From: Raja brachyura
Taxonomy: Eukaryota
NCBI GenBank assembly: GCA_963514005.1
Contig: OY740799.1
Location: 33,232,001 to 33,296,000, forward strand
Reading direction: 5' to 3'
Length of the DNA stretch: 64,000 bases
The position numbers were made by a program, and so were the translations under genes. Each line of letters starts with the position of its first letter. Positions within the stretch are counted from its first letter, which is position 1. Below are positions 53,901 through 63,401 of this stretch, piece after piece. The notes beneath the pieces were generated by a model. That model was not told where the DNA came from. It saw nothing but the letters and a program-made list of their open reading frames with translations, and ran no database searches.

Positions 53901-56900
53901 GTTAGTAGGGATTGGTTTGATTAGTTCAAACAATGCTATGACCTGCTCAGCATCTGTATCTCAGGTGAAGTTGCAAGGGTGCAGTCGTGCAGTCAGCCAA
54001 ATAATTTCCCCAGAATCTCCAAGCAATCATTGAACATAGCAACTACCCTCCCCAGCTTGTCTTCAATGTTGATGAAATAGGCTTTTCTGAAAAAGAATGT
54101 CATCCAGCACTTTTATTTTCTGAAAAGAAACTTTCTTGTGGGTTCAAGGCTGGAAAAGACAGCTTAAAACTCTCACTCAGCAGTAACACTTCAGGAGACT
54201 TCAACCTGAAGCCGCTGATTCGTTTATCACTCAGAAATATCATGAATAATGTGAGGATTATCAAAAATGTTTCTGCCTGTGACTTGGATATCAAACAAGG
54301 CGGCCTGAGTGACAATATATACCGTCACACATGTGTGGTTTATGTCAGACTTTTGCCAAATAATGTGAAGAAAGTAGCCTTGAACCTAAAGCATCGTTGG
54401 TGATCGATAATGGCCCAGGCCACTTAGAGAATCTTGAGTCTTCAGACCTGCATTCTTGTAGAGAAAGTTTATCTTCCATTGCACACAACTTCCTGACTCC
54501 TAGTAAAGATACATTTCTATATTATTTGTCTTTATTCTTTACTACTATTCTTTATTATTATCCATATTCTTCATATACAGTATAATATACAGGACTGTGT
54601 ATGTCTGAGATTAAAAATAACTTACAAAGATCACATCCTCATTTATGGTATAATGACCCCATATTGAGCGCAGTTTCATTTAACATTCAATTTTCTTGGA
54701 ATGTATCTAGATTGCAATTTGAGGTATTACCGTAGTAAAAATTAACTGCTTGCGAATTTAATTCAGAATTAATTATTGCTACGTTTTTTCTACAGGATGT
54801 AAAGACAATTCAGGAAATTTAAGACATGTGAGTACTAGAACATTTTTCAATGCTTCATTGGAATCTATATTTCTATGCAAATTTGTTTCTTGTAATTAGA
54901 ATTTCCTATGAACATTAAGACAGAAATTCCCTAGTTGGAGAGGTATCCTATTTTAAAATTACAGTGCATTAATATCATTCTAATGAATTCTGTTTCGGGC
55001 GTTTATTGGTCTGGGCGATATAATTAAATCCTGAACAATGAAACTGTAAAGTTTTATATCAGAAAATAGTACAACTACTCTAATGCAATTGTTTAAGGCT
55101 AACAGAATAGAAAAAGGCTGTTTGGATCATCATGTATGTGACTCTCCAATTAGACCCCTGTACTGTTATTCCTCAGTAATTCTGCATTTTATATATATTT
55201 CTCTTTGAAAGTTACTATTAAATCTGTATAAATTGCACTTTGAAGTGGTACATTCTGCACTCAAATAAGTTAATGGTTTGAATAATTATATTTGTTTCTT
55301 TCTTCTAATGCCAATGATCTGAAATGTCTCACCTCTGATTAATGCCCTTCCTGCCATTGCTAATCAAGTTTTATTTTCCTTAGATACTCTCAAATATTTT
55401 TACTTTTTATTGGCATTAATTATACTGTCACTTTCCTATTAATACACCGTAGATTCAGTTATGGATGTCAACAATTCCTAATCTGATTCCAGAATAAACT
55501 AAAATCATACAGTGGGAAGTTTCAAACTTTTTCCATCATCCAACTATTTCATTTTGAAGCTCTCTAGTTGTGTTCCTCCATATTGTTTACCTGCATCAAA
55601 CCTTGTTGTGTGTTTTCTTTGCTTGCATTATGTCGCTTTTTTTCCAGTATAATGTTCTGAGGATGCACTTAATGTTGATGCCTCAAGTAACATAGTTGTA
55701 CAGCAATGAAAGAAGCTCTTCAGCCCAACATGTCTATGTTTGGCCCATATCCTTTTAAACTTTTCCAAGTTCTTCCTCTGATAACTTGTTCCCATATGCT
55801 CACCATCCTTATTAAATAAATGTACCCTCGGGTTCCTTTTAAATCTCTGCCCTCTCACTTGAAGCATGTCCTCTAGTTCGTGATTCCCCAACCCTGAGAA
55901 AAAGACTCTGAATTCACCCTATCTACTCCACTCATGGTTTTATACACCACTATAAGACCACCCTCAGCCAACTACACTCCAAGGGATTAAGCCTGACCTT
56001 GCCCAAACTCTCCCTATAGCTGGGTTATCAAGTGACATCTTCACAAACCTTGTCCGCACACTTGTCAGCACAATGGCATCTTTACTATAGTGGGGTGACC
56101 AAAACTAAACATAATACTCTAAGTGTGGCCTCACCAATGTCTCGTACAACAGTAAAAGCTTGTTTACTCAATTCCCTGAGTGATAAAGGACAGCTTGTCA
56201 AAAGCATTCTTAACCTATCCACCTGCAATGCCACTTTCAGGGAAATATGAATACTGGAATATCTCACAGCTCTATCGTTCACTGTGAAGACCGTGCCCAG
56301 GTTTGACTTCCCAAAGTGCAACAGCTAACACTTACATGAATTCCACTTCATTCACCATTTCTTGGCCCAGCTGATCAAAACCCCACTGTGATATTTGATA
56401 ACCATCTTCACAGTCTACAATACTGCCTATTTTGGTGTAATTTACAAACTTACCATCATGCCATATATATTGATCCAAATTGTCGACATAGATGTCAAAT
56501 AGCAGGGGTCCAGCACCGATCCCTGACGCACACCACAAGTCATAGGCCTTTCGTGTAAAATACAACCTTCCTCCCCGATCTTCAACTTCCTACCATGAAA
56601 CTAGTTCTATATCCAGCTAGCAAATTCTCTCTGAATCCCATGCGATCTAGCCAACCAGAGCAGCTACCATGTGGAACCGTATAAAAGACCTAGCTGAAGT
56701 GTATATAGGTAATGTAAACACCCCTGTCCTTCTCAACTTTCTCGGTTGCTTAGTCAAGAAACTCAATAACATTCTTGAGATAAGATTTTACATAAACAAA
56801 AACCATGCATACTATCTGTAATCAATCCCTGTTCTTCCAAAAGCATGTCATTCGTGTATATTATCTTTCAGAATCCTCTCTAGTTACTTTCTACACAGGA

Positions 56901-59900
56901 TTTAACATACTAGTCTATACCTCGTAGGTTTTTCATTGCATCCCATCTTAAATAGAGGCTCTACATTAGCCACCTTCCAGTCTTCCGACACATCATCTGT
57001 GTCTTTTGGTGATTCATATATCTCACCCAGGTCTCCTGCAATTTCTTCTCTAGCTTCCCATAGTGTTCTTGGATATATATGATCAGGTTCGGGAGATTTA
57101 TCTACCTTAATATGTCATAGGACTTCCAGTATTTCCGTGGCTGTAATATGGACTGTCCTCAACAAATCTCCATTAACTTTCCCAAGTTCCTTAATCTTAT
57201 TGTCCTTCTCCATGATAAAAACTGAGGAGAAACATTAATTGAGGTCCTTGATCATCTCCTGCAGTTCCGCGCATAACTGACTGCTTGGGTTTCTGAGAGA
57301 CCCTCTTCTGTTTCTATTTACCTTTTTCCCCCTAATATACTTAAAAATCTCATTGAATGCTCCTAAATCTAATCTGCCTTAGCTATCTCATGCCTCCTTT
57401 TTGTCTTTCTGATTTATTTCTTATGTTCCTCAATCTCCTGTACTTCTTCAGGGATTGAGTTGAACCCCGTGCCCTCTACCTGACCCATGCCTCGCCTCCT
57501 TTTTCCTGTTCATAGCTTCAATTTATCTTGTCATCCAGGTTTCCTTACTTATACCTGTCTTCCTCTTTACTCTCATGGGAACATCTTTACTTTGAATTTT
57601 CACTCTCATTCTTTTAAAAGTATCCACTTTTCTGAACATCCCTTTGCCTGCAAAAAAGCCTACTCCAATCAACTTTTTCAAGCTCATGTTTAATAACATC
57701 TAAGTTGGCCTTGCCCCAATGTAGAACCTTATATTACGGACCAGCCCTATTCTTATCCATAATTATTTAAAAACTAATAGAACTGTGGTTGCTGGTCAAA
57801 AAAGGCCCGGCCACTTCAGTGTCAATGTACCAATTGCTTTTGACATTGTGTAATCACATTTGAAAGTACCAATAAAGATTATGGTTAGATTCCTGATTAA
57901 GCCTATAATAGTTCTAGAAAGGAAAAAATAAATCGATGAGAATTTGTATTACCAATATTATTCAGCAAATTTATTTTGTGAGTCCACATACTGGTAATAA
58001 ATACATGGAAAACAGGTGCTGACTTGACTACAATAATGTTCAGTGCGTGAATTGCCTGTGACGCTCTTGTGCTGAATCTCCAACGAGTATGAAAGTAGTG
58101 AGTTTGATCTTTTGAGGTCAAATGAGGTATTCATTATGGATGAAAACCAATATAAACCGCAGTGGCTGGATATCTGAAATAAAACAAGAAATGCTGGAAA
58201 CACTTAGCGGGTTAAAGTGAAAAAAGGTTAACATTTCAGGTTGAAAATCCTATGTCAGAACTGTGCATGCCCTTCTCAGACAGCTTGATCACATTACATT
58301 AGGCATTTCCCTCCAATGGATAGTTTCAAGAGAGGGAAAAAAAAAATCCAGATTATATTTTGTTTCGTCAATACACTGAAGCAGTAAAGCATGCCATTAT
58401 TTCTGACTTGCTCAGTTACTCCAGTACTTTGTGTCTGAAGCATGATTCTTCTTTTCCCAACTAAATACCAATTGTAATGATCCAATGCTGCATCATTTGA
58501 TGTTAGCTATCTCAAAATGGATCCTTCTGGATTACAACTGGATTACAATTTACATAAGCAACTGGATCATCTTGAGAGAAATTTCTAACACTATGCGATT
58601 TTATAAATGTTTGGTGAATATTTATATTTTTTTCTTACAGGAAGGTGAACATTGGTCCCATCCCAATAATACATGTATTCACTTCAGCTGTACACAAGGT
58701 GTGGTAGTAATGAACAAAATAACATGTTCATCTCGCCCAAGCTGTGATGAGGTTTGTACAATACACTATTTGATTTGTACTAAATTCCTCATGTTCATAA
58801 CACTGGTGTGTTTAAATTGGTTTTTTTTTAAACTGAAAATATCTTAACAAAATCAGATATTGCTTGAAACACTCAGCAAGTCAGGCAGCATCTGTGGAAA
58901 GGGAAATAGAAGTAACATTTCAGTTCAAAGACCCTTTGTCGGACAAAGGATTCTGACAAAGTCTTCAATCTGAAAGATTAACTATTGATCTCTCCATTGA
59001 TGCTGCCTGACCTGCTGAGTGTTTCCACAGCTTTGTTTTTGTCATTGATGTATTTATCAGTTTTGCTATAATTCTTGTTTTTGCAAAGAATTGACCAATG
59101 GATGGTAAACCTAAAAGTACAGCAAAATGAGAAACAAATTTAAATTAATGGGAAAGATTCTACATCAATAGAAACTTAAAAATACAATCTCTTAACATTG
59201 TGAGTATTTTGTGGGTCAGAGGATTAACAGAGTATCCTTTCAAGATACAGCTGCTGCAGAAGGTATTATTCCACCAGTTCATCTGAGTAACCAAGATTTT
59301 AATTTAGCTCCGATAACTGAGATGAAGGGTGGCTTTTGTTTGTTACAAAGGTTATTCGTAAAAAAAAAAGCAGGTGCTAATCTCATTAGTTTCTCGTATG
59401 TTGGGAACAAATTACAAATTGACGCTAAAGCGGCTATCATGTCAGTGATGTCAGGGTAAAAAACTCCAATGCAATGATTTAGTTTCGATTAAATTGAAAG
59501 GTACAGCATAGAAACCTGTCCTTTGGCCCACCATCGATCATTTGTTAACTAGCAATGTTACAAAATTTTGAGATTTTAAAAATCAAGTCTGCAATTTATC
59601 CAATCAGATAAAGCATAAAAAGAAGTTTAATTTGACACCTAATTCACTTTCATATCTTTAGTATTAAGAAAGTTATGACCATTTTCATACTCGGAAATTA
59701 GCATCTTGTTCCCCATTGTCTTTCAATTGACTTAACTCAAAAGCTGTGATCTGGAACAGTTAAAAGCCCATAACTTTATTAAAATTTAAGAGAACTCAAT
59801 GAAATTTTCAGTTATTATAGATTGAAGCATTCTGAAACAAATATGAAACAATCTTACTTGGATGACCTGAAATTAAAGCATATAATTAGTTAGTTATCTA

Positions 59901-62900
59901 ATTGTAGCTCATTACAAAATTCAATTAGATCTAAACATCTATCCATTTCTTAAGAAAATATAAACTTTTTTTACAATGCCTAAGTGTACAAATAACAATC
60001 ACACAATAATCCACAATATAACATAATTTTTAAATCTCATTTTCATGAATTTATAGGCCAAATGGAAGGAATTTAGTGTTTAATGCCTGCAAATTAATGG
60101 CCATTTAAATCAACTAGCGAGTGGGTTTTAGTGGAATGCGGTGGATTAGAACGTTGCGGTTTGCGGTGAAGTCAGTATGAAAAATACAGCCGGTTCATAC
60201 ATTTTTTTGTCCCCTTTTCGCAACATGAAAATGTTATTAAATCCTTCCTAAAAACCAAGTTTTAATGTAAAAATAAACTGTGTAGCTTCTTTTATCGCCT
60301 ACCTTAGGTCCGTTCTGCTGTCACCATTCAGAGCTTTAGAAGATTATTTTAAAACTAATTAATAAATAATCTAGCGTAGTTTAAAAATATCTTTATGAAT
60401 GAAATGTCGGAGCGATTTCTCTTTGGCGATGAAATCGCCCGACATGGATTGATTTGGACTGCCGAGAAAAAATCGGCATTTTAAACACACTCCCCTCTGA
60501 ACGTCGCCAAAGTCGCGCACACGGGGAGTGGCAGAACTGCAGCACTGCTAAAGGTAGGTATTGTAACATACCTATCTTAACACGAGTTCAATGTTATCCC
60601 ACTTTTACAACCGTTCCATACAAACTAAGGACAATTTACGTACGCCAATTAACCTACAAATTCACGCATCTTTGGGATGTGGCAGGAAACCAGAGCATAC
60701 AGAGGAAACCCACACAGTCAGAGGGAGAATGTGTAAACCACACAGACAGCACCCGAGATCAGGATCGAACCTAGGTCTCTGGCGCTGTGAGGCAGTAACT
60801 GCAAGCTGCGTCAGTGTGCTACCCAATGGAGTCTGTTGTATGGTTCAAAAACAGTTCATTGGAACAAAATAAGGAGAACAATAATCTATGTTAGGTGTGC
60901 TATGTTTGACTCACCAGTGCATCCTACTAGTCTAATTAATTCTGACTGATCAAGAGCTTCCTCTCCTCCAGACTAAAACAGTTCATGGAAATTGATATCG
61001 TCAAATCAATCTGGAAATATGGGATGACAATGCAAGGCTTACCACAATAAACATTGTTATAGATTTACCATAAAAACAGCAGATAAATATACCACTACAT
61101 AGTATTGCATTTATTTGCAGATTGGGTCAAAATATCCACGAGAAACAACAGAGTATATAAAAATGACAATATAATAAATTTACAAATGTAAATAAACTAA
61201 TACTGAGTAAGTAGTTGTAATCGCAATAACCTACATTCTCAAATGAGTCTGAAGAAGGGTCTCGACCCGAAACGTTGCCTATCTCCTTCGCTCCTTAGAT
61301 GCTGCTGCACATGCTGAGTTTCTCCAGCCTTTTGTGTACCCTCCTCAAATCCTTGTTGTAGATAACTGGAGCAATTATTTATATTATATCCTTACAAAAT
61401 AATCATGTTTCAAAAAGATATAATAAATCACATTTTATTCCGACATAATTTAGTTATCATTTAATTTTCACCAATACATACATTTGTATTTGCAGTGCAC
61501 TTTGCTTAACACATAACAATTTAAATTTAAATAGTATGTGTACAACAGTGATTAATATTTTCTATTAATTTAGGCTTCCAGAAAATGGGATGAATATCAC
61601 TGCTGCTATGATTGTCCACAGCCACGTAAGTAGTTTTAGTCAAAATAATGCATTCTGTAATATATATTCTGTGTAGTATGTATAGAAACTATAAATTATA
61701 CACATTATGTTATTTAAAGATGAGAACATTTGAAACGAAAATGTACCATTTCCATTATACGATAGTAACTACATTGCTCAAGTACTTAGTTCACCCTTAC
61801 AGTGCTTGTGCTGTGTATCGAGGTATTCTATTATATCTCTCTATTTTAATGGGTATTGAAGCAAATCATATTCCTGGCAGTTTTTCACATAATTTTCAAA
61901 TTGTGAGTTCAGCTTAGGCCTTCATGGCTGAAACAAAATCAGTTAATGAAGGTTTAGTCGAAGTGGCCGTGCTCCAAAAGCTTTGAGATAGATGTTACTG
62001 AATGCAGCTGATTGCTCAGAGCCACCTTTGCTTCTCGCAATTCACACTCAATTTAATTGCATCAGAGTGCTAATCTTGCTGGCCATCCACATGTTGGAGT
62101 CAACGGCCAATAGGCTTCAGCAGCCCTGTCTGTGGAACACCACTGACAGGCTCTCGCAACAAAATAGCTAGGGTGGAACTTTGACTTTGTCAAAGTCAGT
62201 AATTGATTTGAATAGTTTTTGTCCATCTCTGTCATTCAAAGATGCAGTTACTAACAGAGTGCTATATACTCAATTCTGAAAATCCAGCCTTTCATATGAA
62301 ATATTATATTTCATAATGTACTGTTAGCTTTAGTTTTTAGTTTTAGTGATACAATATGGAAACAGGCCCTTTGCCCACCGAGGTTGCAGCGACCAACGAT
62401 CACCCGTACACTGGGGACAATTTACAGAAGCCAATTAACCTACAAACCTGGAATGTAGGAGGAAACCGGAACACCCGGAAAAAACTTGCGTTGTCACAGG
62501 GAGAATGTACAAACTCTGTACGAAGATCATCCATAGTCAGGATTGAACCCAGGTCTTTGGCACTGTAAGGCTGCAGCTCTACAACTGTGCCACCTGCTAA
62601 TGTCATATTAATTATTTGAACGAGGAAATTAATTGTAATATATCCCAAGGATGCAATCTAAACCGAGCCAGGTGGAAGGTGCACCTTAATTGGTTAAATT
62701 TAAATTTCAAGACATATTTATATTTATAATGGATTTATAATCATTTTAAATACTGATTGATTCCTACCAATTTCCACGTTTTATTTTCCCACAGAACAAC
62801 GATGCAAAGTTCAACCCGTGCTGACGGAATTGACCCGGGGTGGTTGTTCAGCATTCGTTGAAGTGAATTCATGTGAAGGATTTTGCAAGTCATTTTCCAT
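261..62900 (+). CDS. MUC2: Gel-forming mucin, MUC2-like (partial multi-exon gene: repeated CysD + Thr-rich PTS microexons, then D4N-VWD-C8-TIL-VWC-CK start)
   Basis: AG/GT-bounded exons splice in compatible phases across the window. The spliced C-terminal part reads CDSDPPRRCNETW...CSNGLNPIRVETQDGCCSKWDCEYDCQIWGGRHYRTFDG, resembling the MUC2 pre-D4/VWD4 segment as I recall it. Strict orthology (MUC2 vs MUC5-type) is not established. Confidence 0.8.
1487..2253 (-). mobile_element. Unclassified GC-rich interspersed element (also about 7969-8733 and 14455-15219)
   Basis: Absent from the transitional copy (about 19846-19952); its right end is the reverse complement of the start of the element at about 63402. 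Confidence 0.7.
4460..4807 (+). CDS. CysD (WxxW) exon, A type, copy 1
   Basis: ttacag|TG...ATTG|gtgagt, 348 nt; VPYCLGVWSPWSNNDTP...NDYE...IQC...VTC...GLMC...CNDYRIRVCC plus a Thr-rich tail. Confidence 0.93.
5069..9471 (+). CDS. PTS microexons between CysD copies 1 and 2
   Basis: 5069-5134, 5723-5773, 6112-6162, 6284-6346, 6745-6801, 7687-7737, 9427-9471; all 3n, phase 1 (e.g. EETTPTVTPSTTTTYTT, EKTTITTPGPPTTTSTTSPTT). Confidence 0.8.
5871..6084. mobile_element. Penelope-derived inverted (hairpin) element with 14-bp TSD (also 12355-12568)
   Basis: GGTAGACAAAAATGCTGG...CCAACATTTTTGTCTACC inverted arms; TSD AAATGTAATGCCTT at 5857-5870 and 6085-6098; empty site at about 18545. Confidence 0.85.
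5932..5965 (-). ncRNA. Minimal type-I hammerhead ribozyme motif (also about 12416-12449)
   Basis: Minus strand GT-CTGAAGA-A-GGGTTTCGGCCC-GAAA-CG-TT-GCCT; activity untested. Confidence 0.55.
10948..11295 (+). CDS. CysD exon, A type, copy 2
   Basis: Same 348-nt exon with intact splice sites. Confidence 0.93.
11557..15957 (+). CDS. PTS microexons between CysD copies 2 and 3
   Basis: 11557-11619, 12207-12257, 12596-12646, 12768-12830, 13229-13285, 14173-14223, 15913-15957; all 3n, phase 1. Confidence 0.8.
17430..17777 (+). CDS. CysD exon, A type, copy 3
   Basis: Same 348-nt exon with one V>L change (PDLVTC). Confidence 0.93.
17946..21352. repeat. Diverged transitional A/B-like copy
   Basis: Homologous to unit A (anchor at 18935) but more diverged; lacks the GC-rich insertion, the hairpin insertion and one microexon. 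Confidence 0.85.
18043..19621 (+). CDS. PTS microexons, transitional unit
   Basis: 18043-18102, 18393-18467, 18573-18623, 18745-18792, 19192-19248, 19571-19621 (last one degenerate); all 3n, phase 1. Confidence 0.78.
22109..22456 (+). CDS. CysD exon, B type, copy 1
   Basis: 348 nt, AG/GT intact; VPDCLGVWSHWHSKHTP...CNDYRIRVCCEP. Confidence 0.93.
22718..26548 (+). CDS. PTS microexons, unit B copy 1
   Basis: 22718-22777, 25607-25657, 25815-25853 (shifted acceptor), 25935-26000, 26284-26373, 26495-26548; all 3n, phase 1. Confidence 0.8.
23683..25394 (+). mobile_element. Tc1/mariner DD34E transposon, Passport-like, defective
   Basis: TA target duplication; long (~200 bp) TIRs CAGTGGCTTGCAAAAGT...ACTTTTGCAAGCCACTG; transposase ATG 24062 to TGA 25176 with WSDE/QQDND/NPIE, 34 residues between second D and E; stops at 24194 and 24383; frameshifting insert at 24505-24593. 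Confidence 0.97.
27375..27722 (+). CDS. CysD exon, B type, copy 2
   Basis: Copy at +5266 with intact splice sites. Confidence 0.93.
27984..31814 (+). CDS. PTS microexons, unit B copy 2
   Basis: 27984-28043, 30873-30923, 31081-31119, 31201-31266, 31550-31639, 31761-31814. Confidence 0.8.
28949..30660 (+). mobile_element. Tc1 copy 2 (same lesions)
   Basis: Same TIRs, TA flanks, stops and insert at +5266. Confidence 0.97.
32641..32988 (+). CDS. CysD exon, B type, copy 3
   Basis: Copy at +10532 with intact splice sites. Confidence 0.93.
33250..37080 (+). CDS. PTS microexons, unit B copy 3
   Basis: 33250-33309, 36139-36189, 36347-36385, 36467-36532, 36816-36905, 37027-37080 (coordinates from the 5266-bp period). 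Confidence 0.8.
34215..35926 (+). mobile_element. Tc1 copy 3 (same lesions)
   Basis: Same structure at +10532. Confidence 0.97.
37907..38254 (+). CDS. CysD exon, B type, copy 4 (A-like 3' tail)
   Basis: B-type domain, but the tail EPTETTTVPTTTTESTTSPTT matches unit A. Confidence 0.93.
38516..42814 (+). CDS. PTS microexons, unit B copy 4 and last A-like microexon
   Basis: 38516-38575, 41405-41455, 41613-41651, 41733-41798, 42082-42174, 42296-42355, 42758-42814. Confidence 0.8.
39481..41192 (+). mobile_element. Tc1 copy 4 (same lesions)
   Basis: Same structure at +15798. Confidence 0.97.
43605..43657 (+). CDS. First single-copy exon (PTS-to-D4N transition)
   Basis: tttacag|AAGAAACT...AGAAGG|gtaatt; EETTPHEECFCDSDPPRR; phase 1 to 0. 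Confidence 0.85.
44450..44621 (+). CDS. Mucin D4N-like Cys-rich exon
   Basis: ccttag|TGC...GAAT|gtaagt; CNETWKENCATLTC...CSNGLNPIRVETQDGCCSKWDCE. Confidence 0.92.
44730..44962 (+). CDS. VWD domain exon 1
   Basis: YDCQIWGGRHYRTFDGIFYNFFENCTHILVQEI...GHQPS; polyT-AG acceptor, gtaagt donor. Confidence 0.93.
45600..46245 (+). mobile_element. Older Penelope-like fragment interrupted by the element above
   Basis: Degenerate coding remnants (RQNKD..., LHIQQIIL...DSTTRHIF..PPLSAF...DSLIH) on both sides of the TSD. Confidence 0.55.
45679..46055 (-). mobile_element. Penelope-like element 3' fragment (GIY-YIG endonuclease C-terminus + 3' repeat)
   Basis: Minus strand, across a frameshift, reads PDLPVAQHFN..SHSESDLSVLGLLHGQSEDHRKFEE*HLIFCLSSFHPSGINIYFSNFR*; 11-bp TSD TGGTGTTAGTC at 45668-45678 and 46056-46066. 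Confidence 0.8.
46690..46812 (-). mobile_element. Penelope-derived short 3' fragment (similar pieces at about 47257-47500, 58165-58260, and an inverted pair at 58860-59035)
   Basis: AAAATGCTGGAGAAACTCAGCGGGTGAGG..CATCTATGGAG family signature. Confidence 0.7.
47848..48031 (+). CDS. VWD domain exon 2
   Basis: ITFNGIAESFPY...QYFRDNTQGQCG; phase 0 to 1, donor gtatga. Confidence 0.9.
48653..49198. mobile_element. PIF/Harbinger-like MITE
   Basis: Imperfect TIRs AGGCCTTTCCCACTTAGGC / GCCTAAGCGGGACAGGTCCTT with TAA-type flanks; internal GTCGTAG-like repeats; no ORF. Confidence 0.7.
49287..49497 (+). CDS. VWD end / linker exon
   Basis: GSLSRNMNDDCMRRNG...AFDWKIDDPNKPEC...CENATVCDVLKG; phase 1 to 2. 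Confidence 0.88.
50938..51458 (+). CDS. C8 domain exon with Gly/Ser-rich insertion
   Basis: ctacag|T...TGTG|gtgagt, 521 nt, phase 2 to 1; FSGC...YNQACQYDNC...DCSS[insert]LEAAAQMCNRAGWCVDWRSSANGLC. Confidence 0.9.
51086..51301 (+). repeat. Coding minisatellite, 6 x 36 nt (PGSNSGSGPGSR)
   Basis: Unit CCAGGTTCAAATTCCGGATCGGGGCCAGGTTCACGT (with variants) at 51086, 51122, 51158, 51194, 51230, 51266. Confidence 0.95.
51812..52305. mobile_element. PIF/Harbinger-like MITE
   Basis: TIR AGGGGCTGTCCCACTTG / CAAGTGGGACAGCCCCT; flanks TGA/TAA. Confidence 0.8.
52548..52617 (+). CDS. TIL domain exon 1
   Basis: DYICPDGFIYKACSRRDHNYCKN; phase 1 to 2, gtaagt donor. Confidence 0.88.
52740..52846 (+). CDS. 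TIL domain exon 2
   Basis: MMIVGEHFDEPAEGCFCPEGMMLSEDRTQCVPSCT; EGCFCP motif; phase 2 to 1. Confidence 0.9.
52901..54732 (+). mobile_element. Degenerate pogo/Tigger-like DNA transposon
   Basis: TA flanks; TIR remnants CAGTAATATCTT / GAGGTATTACCG; broken transposase motifs (VSRDWFD, YPPQLVFNVDE, FKAGKD...SGDFNLKPL, IDNGPGH). Confidence 0.75.
52994..53302. mobile_element. PIF/Harbinger-like MITE nested in the Tigger-like element
   Basis: About 45-bp TIRs AGGGCCTGTCCCACAGTACGAGGTAATTCAAGAG...; flanks TAA/TGA. Confidence 0.8.
54796..54827 (+). CDS. VWC start microexon
   Basis: ttctacag|GATGT...CAT|gtgagt; RCKDNSGNLRH; bridges phase 1 to 0. Confidence 0.8.
55695..57810 (-). mobile_element. Degenerate CR1-type LINE
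   Basis: Minus-strand RT remnants GPLLFDIYVDNLD...KFVNYTKIG and MHFGKSN; many stops and frameshifts; ends approximate. Confidence 0.8.
58641..58751 (+). CDS. VWC domain exon
   Basis: EGEHWSHPNNTCIHFSCTQGVVVMNKITCSSRPSCDE; phase 0 to 0. Confidence 0.88.
59550..60574. mobile_element. Unclassified non-autonomous DNA element inserted in a SINE
   Basis: Imperfect terminal inverted repeat TAGCAATGTTACAA / TTGTAACATACCTA; splits the SINE tail (about 59495-59549) from its body. Confidence 0.45.
60575..60825 (-). mobile_element. tRNA-derived V-SINE (HE1-like)
   Basis: Plus strand CCAATTAACCTAC...GGAAACCCACACAGTCAGAGGGAGAATGTG...CAGGATCGAACC (B box on minus strand). Confidence 0.75.
61245..61343 (+). 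mobile_element. Penelope-derived short element with intact hammerhead core
   Basis: 7-bp direct repeat CTCAAAT at 61238-61244 and 61344-61350; CTGAAGA (61249)-A-GGGTC-TC-GACCC-GAAA-CG-TT. Confidence 0.75.
61574..61625 (+). CDS. VWC end exon
   Basis: tttag|GCT...CCAC|gtaagt; ASRKWDEYHCCYDCPQP (CCxxC). Confidence 0.82.
62345..62596 (-). mobile_element. tRNA-derived V-SINE (HE1-like); decayed copies also at about 3650-3800 and equivalents
   Basis: GGAGGAAACCGGAACACCCGG...CACAGGGAGAATGTACAAACTC...CAGGATTGAACCCAGG. Confidence 0.8.
62795..62900 (+). CDS. C-terminal cystine-knot exon 1
   Basis: QQRCKVQPVLTELTRGGCSAFVEVNSCEGFCKSFS (CxGxC); gtaagt donor; remainder not found in the window. Confidence 0.88.
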
Positions 62901-63401
62901 GTAAGTGAAGTGATTTAATATATTTGTAGTGTTTAAAATCAAATTATAAATCAACCCAAATTAAAAAAGTATTTCTGGCAGGTCAGAGAATCAACGACTT
63001 TGGTTTGTACACTACTAAGAGATGAAAGCACATTTAGATTTTTAAAAATGGGGAAGGAAAAACAAAGAAACAGAGTGGAATGATTACTGGCTGATAGAAC
63101 ATTTATCTTCTTCTTGTCGAGGCCTCACACAAGATTAGAAGTTGTTCAGCCAGAGTGCAACGGTGCCTGTTTTGCGCTTCTTGTGCGTGGTTGTGGAAAG
63201 ATTAGTGGAACAGGGGCACGAAGTGAACACTCTTTCCTTGACCTCATAGAACATATATGACTTAAAGTGTTGGCAAGAGAGGCTAATCATCCAGCAAAAA
63301 TACAATGCTGTAGAAGTTAATGAAGACATTAACTTCCACAGCTTTAAACAGTTTGAGCTTCTAACTCCTTTTGTTGTGCGTGATCAGTATTTCATATTAA
63401 T

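Noticed and set aside
62500-62596. tRNA gene
   Set aside because: The A/B-box-like sequence belongs to the head of a tRNA-derived SINE; I could not form a full cloverleaf.
63121-63400. Possible final cystine-knot exon
   Set aside because: I found no phase-2 acceptor leading to a CxCC-type continuation; the last exon probably lies beyond the window.
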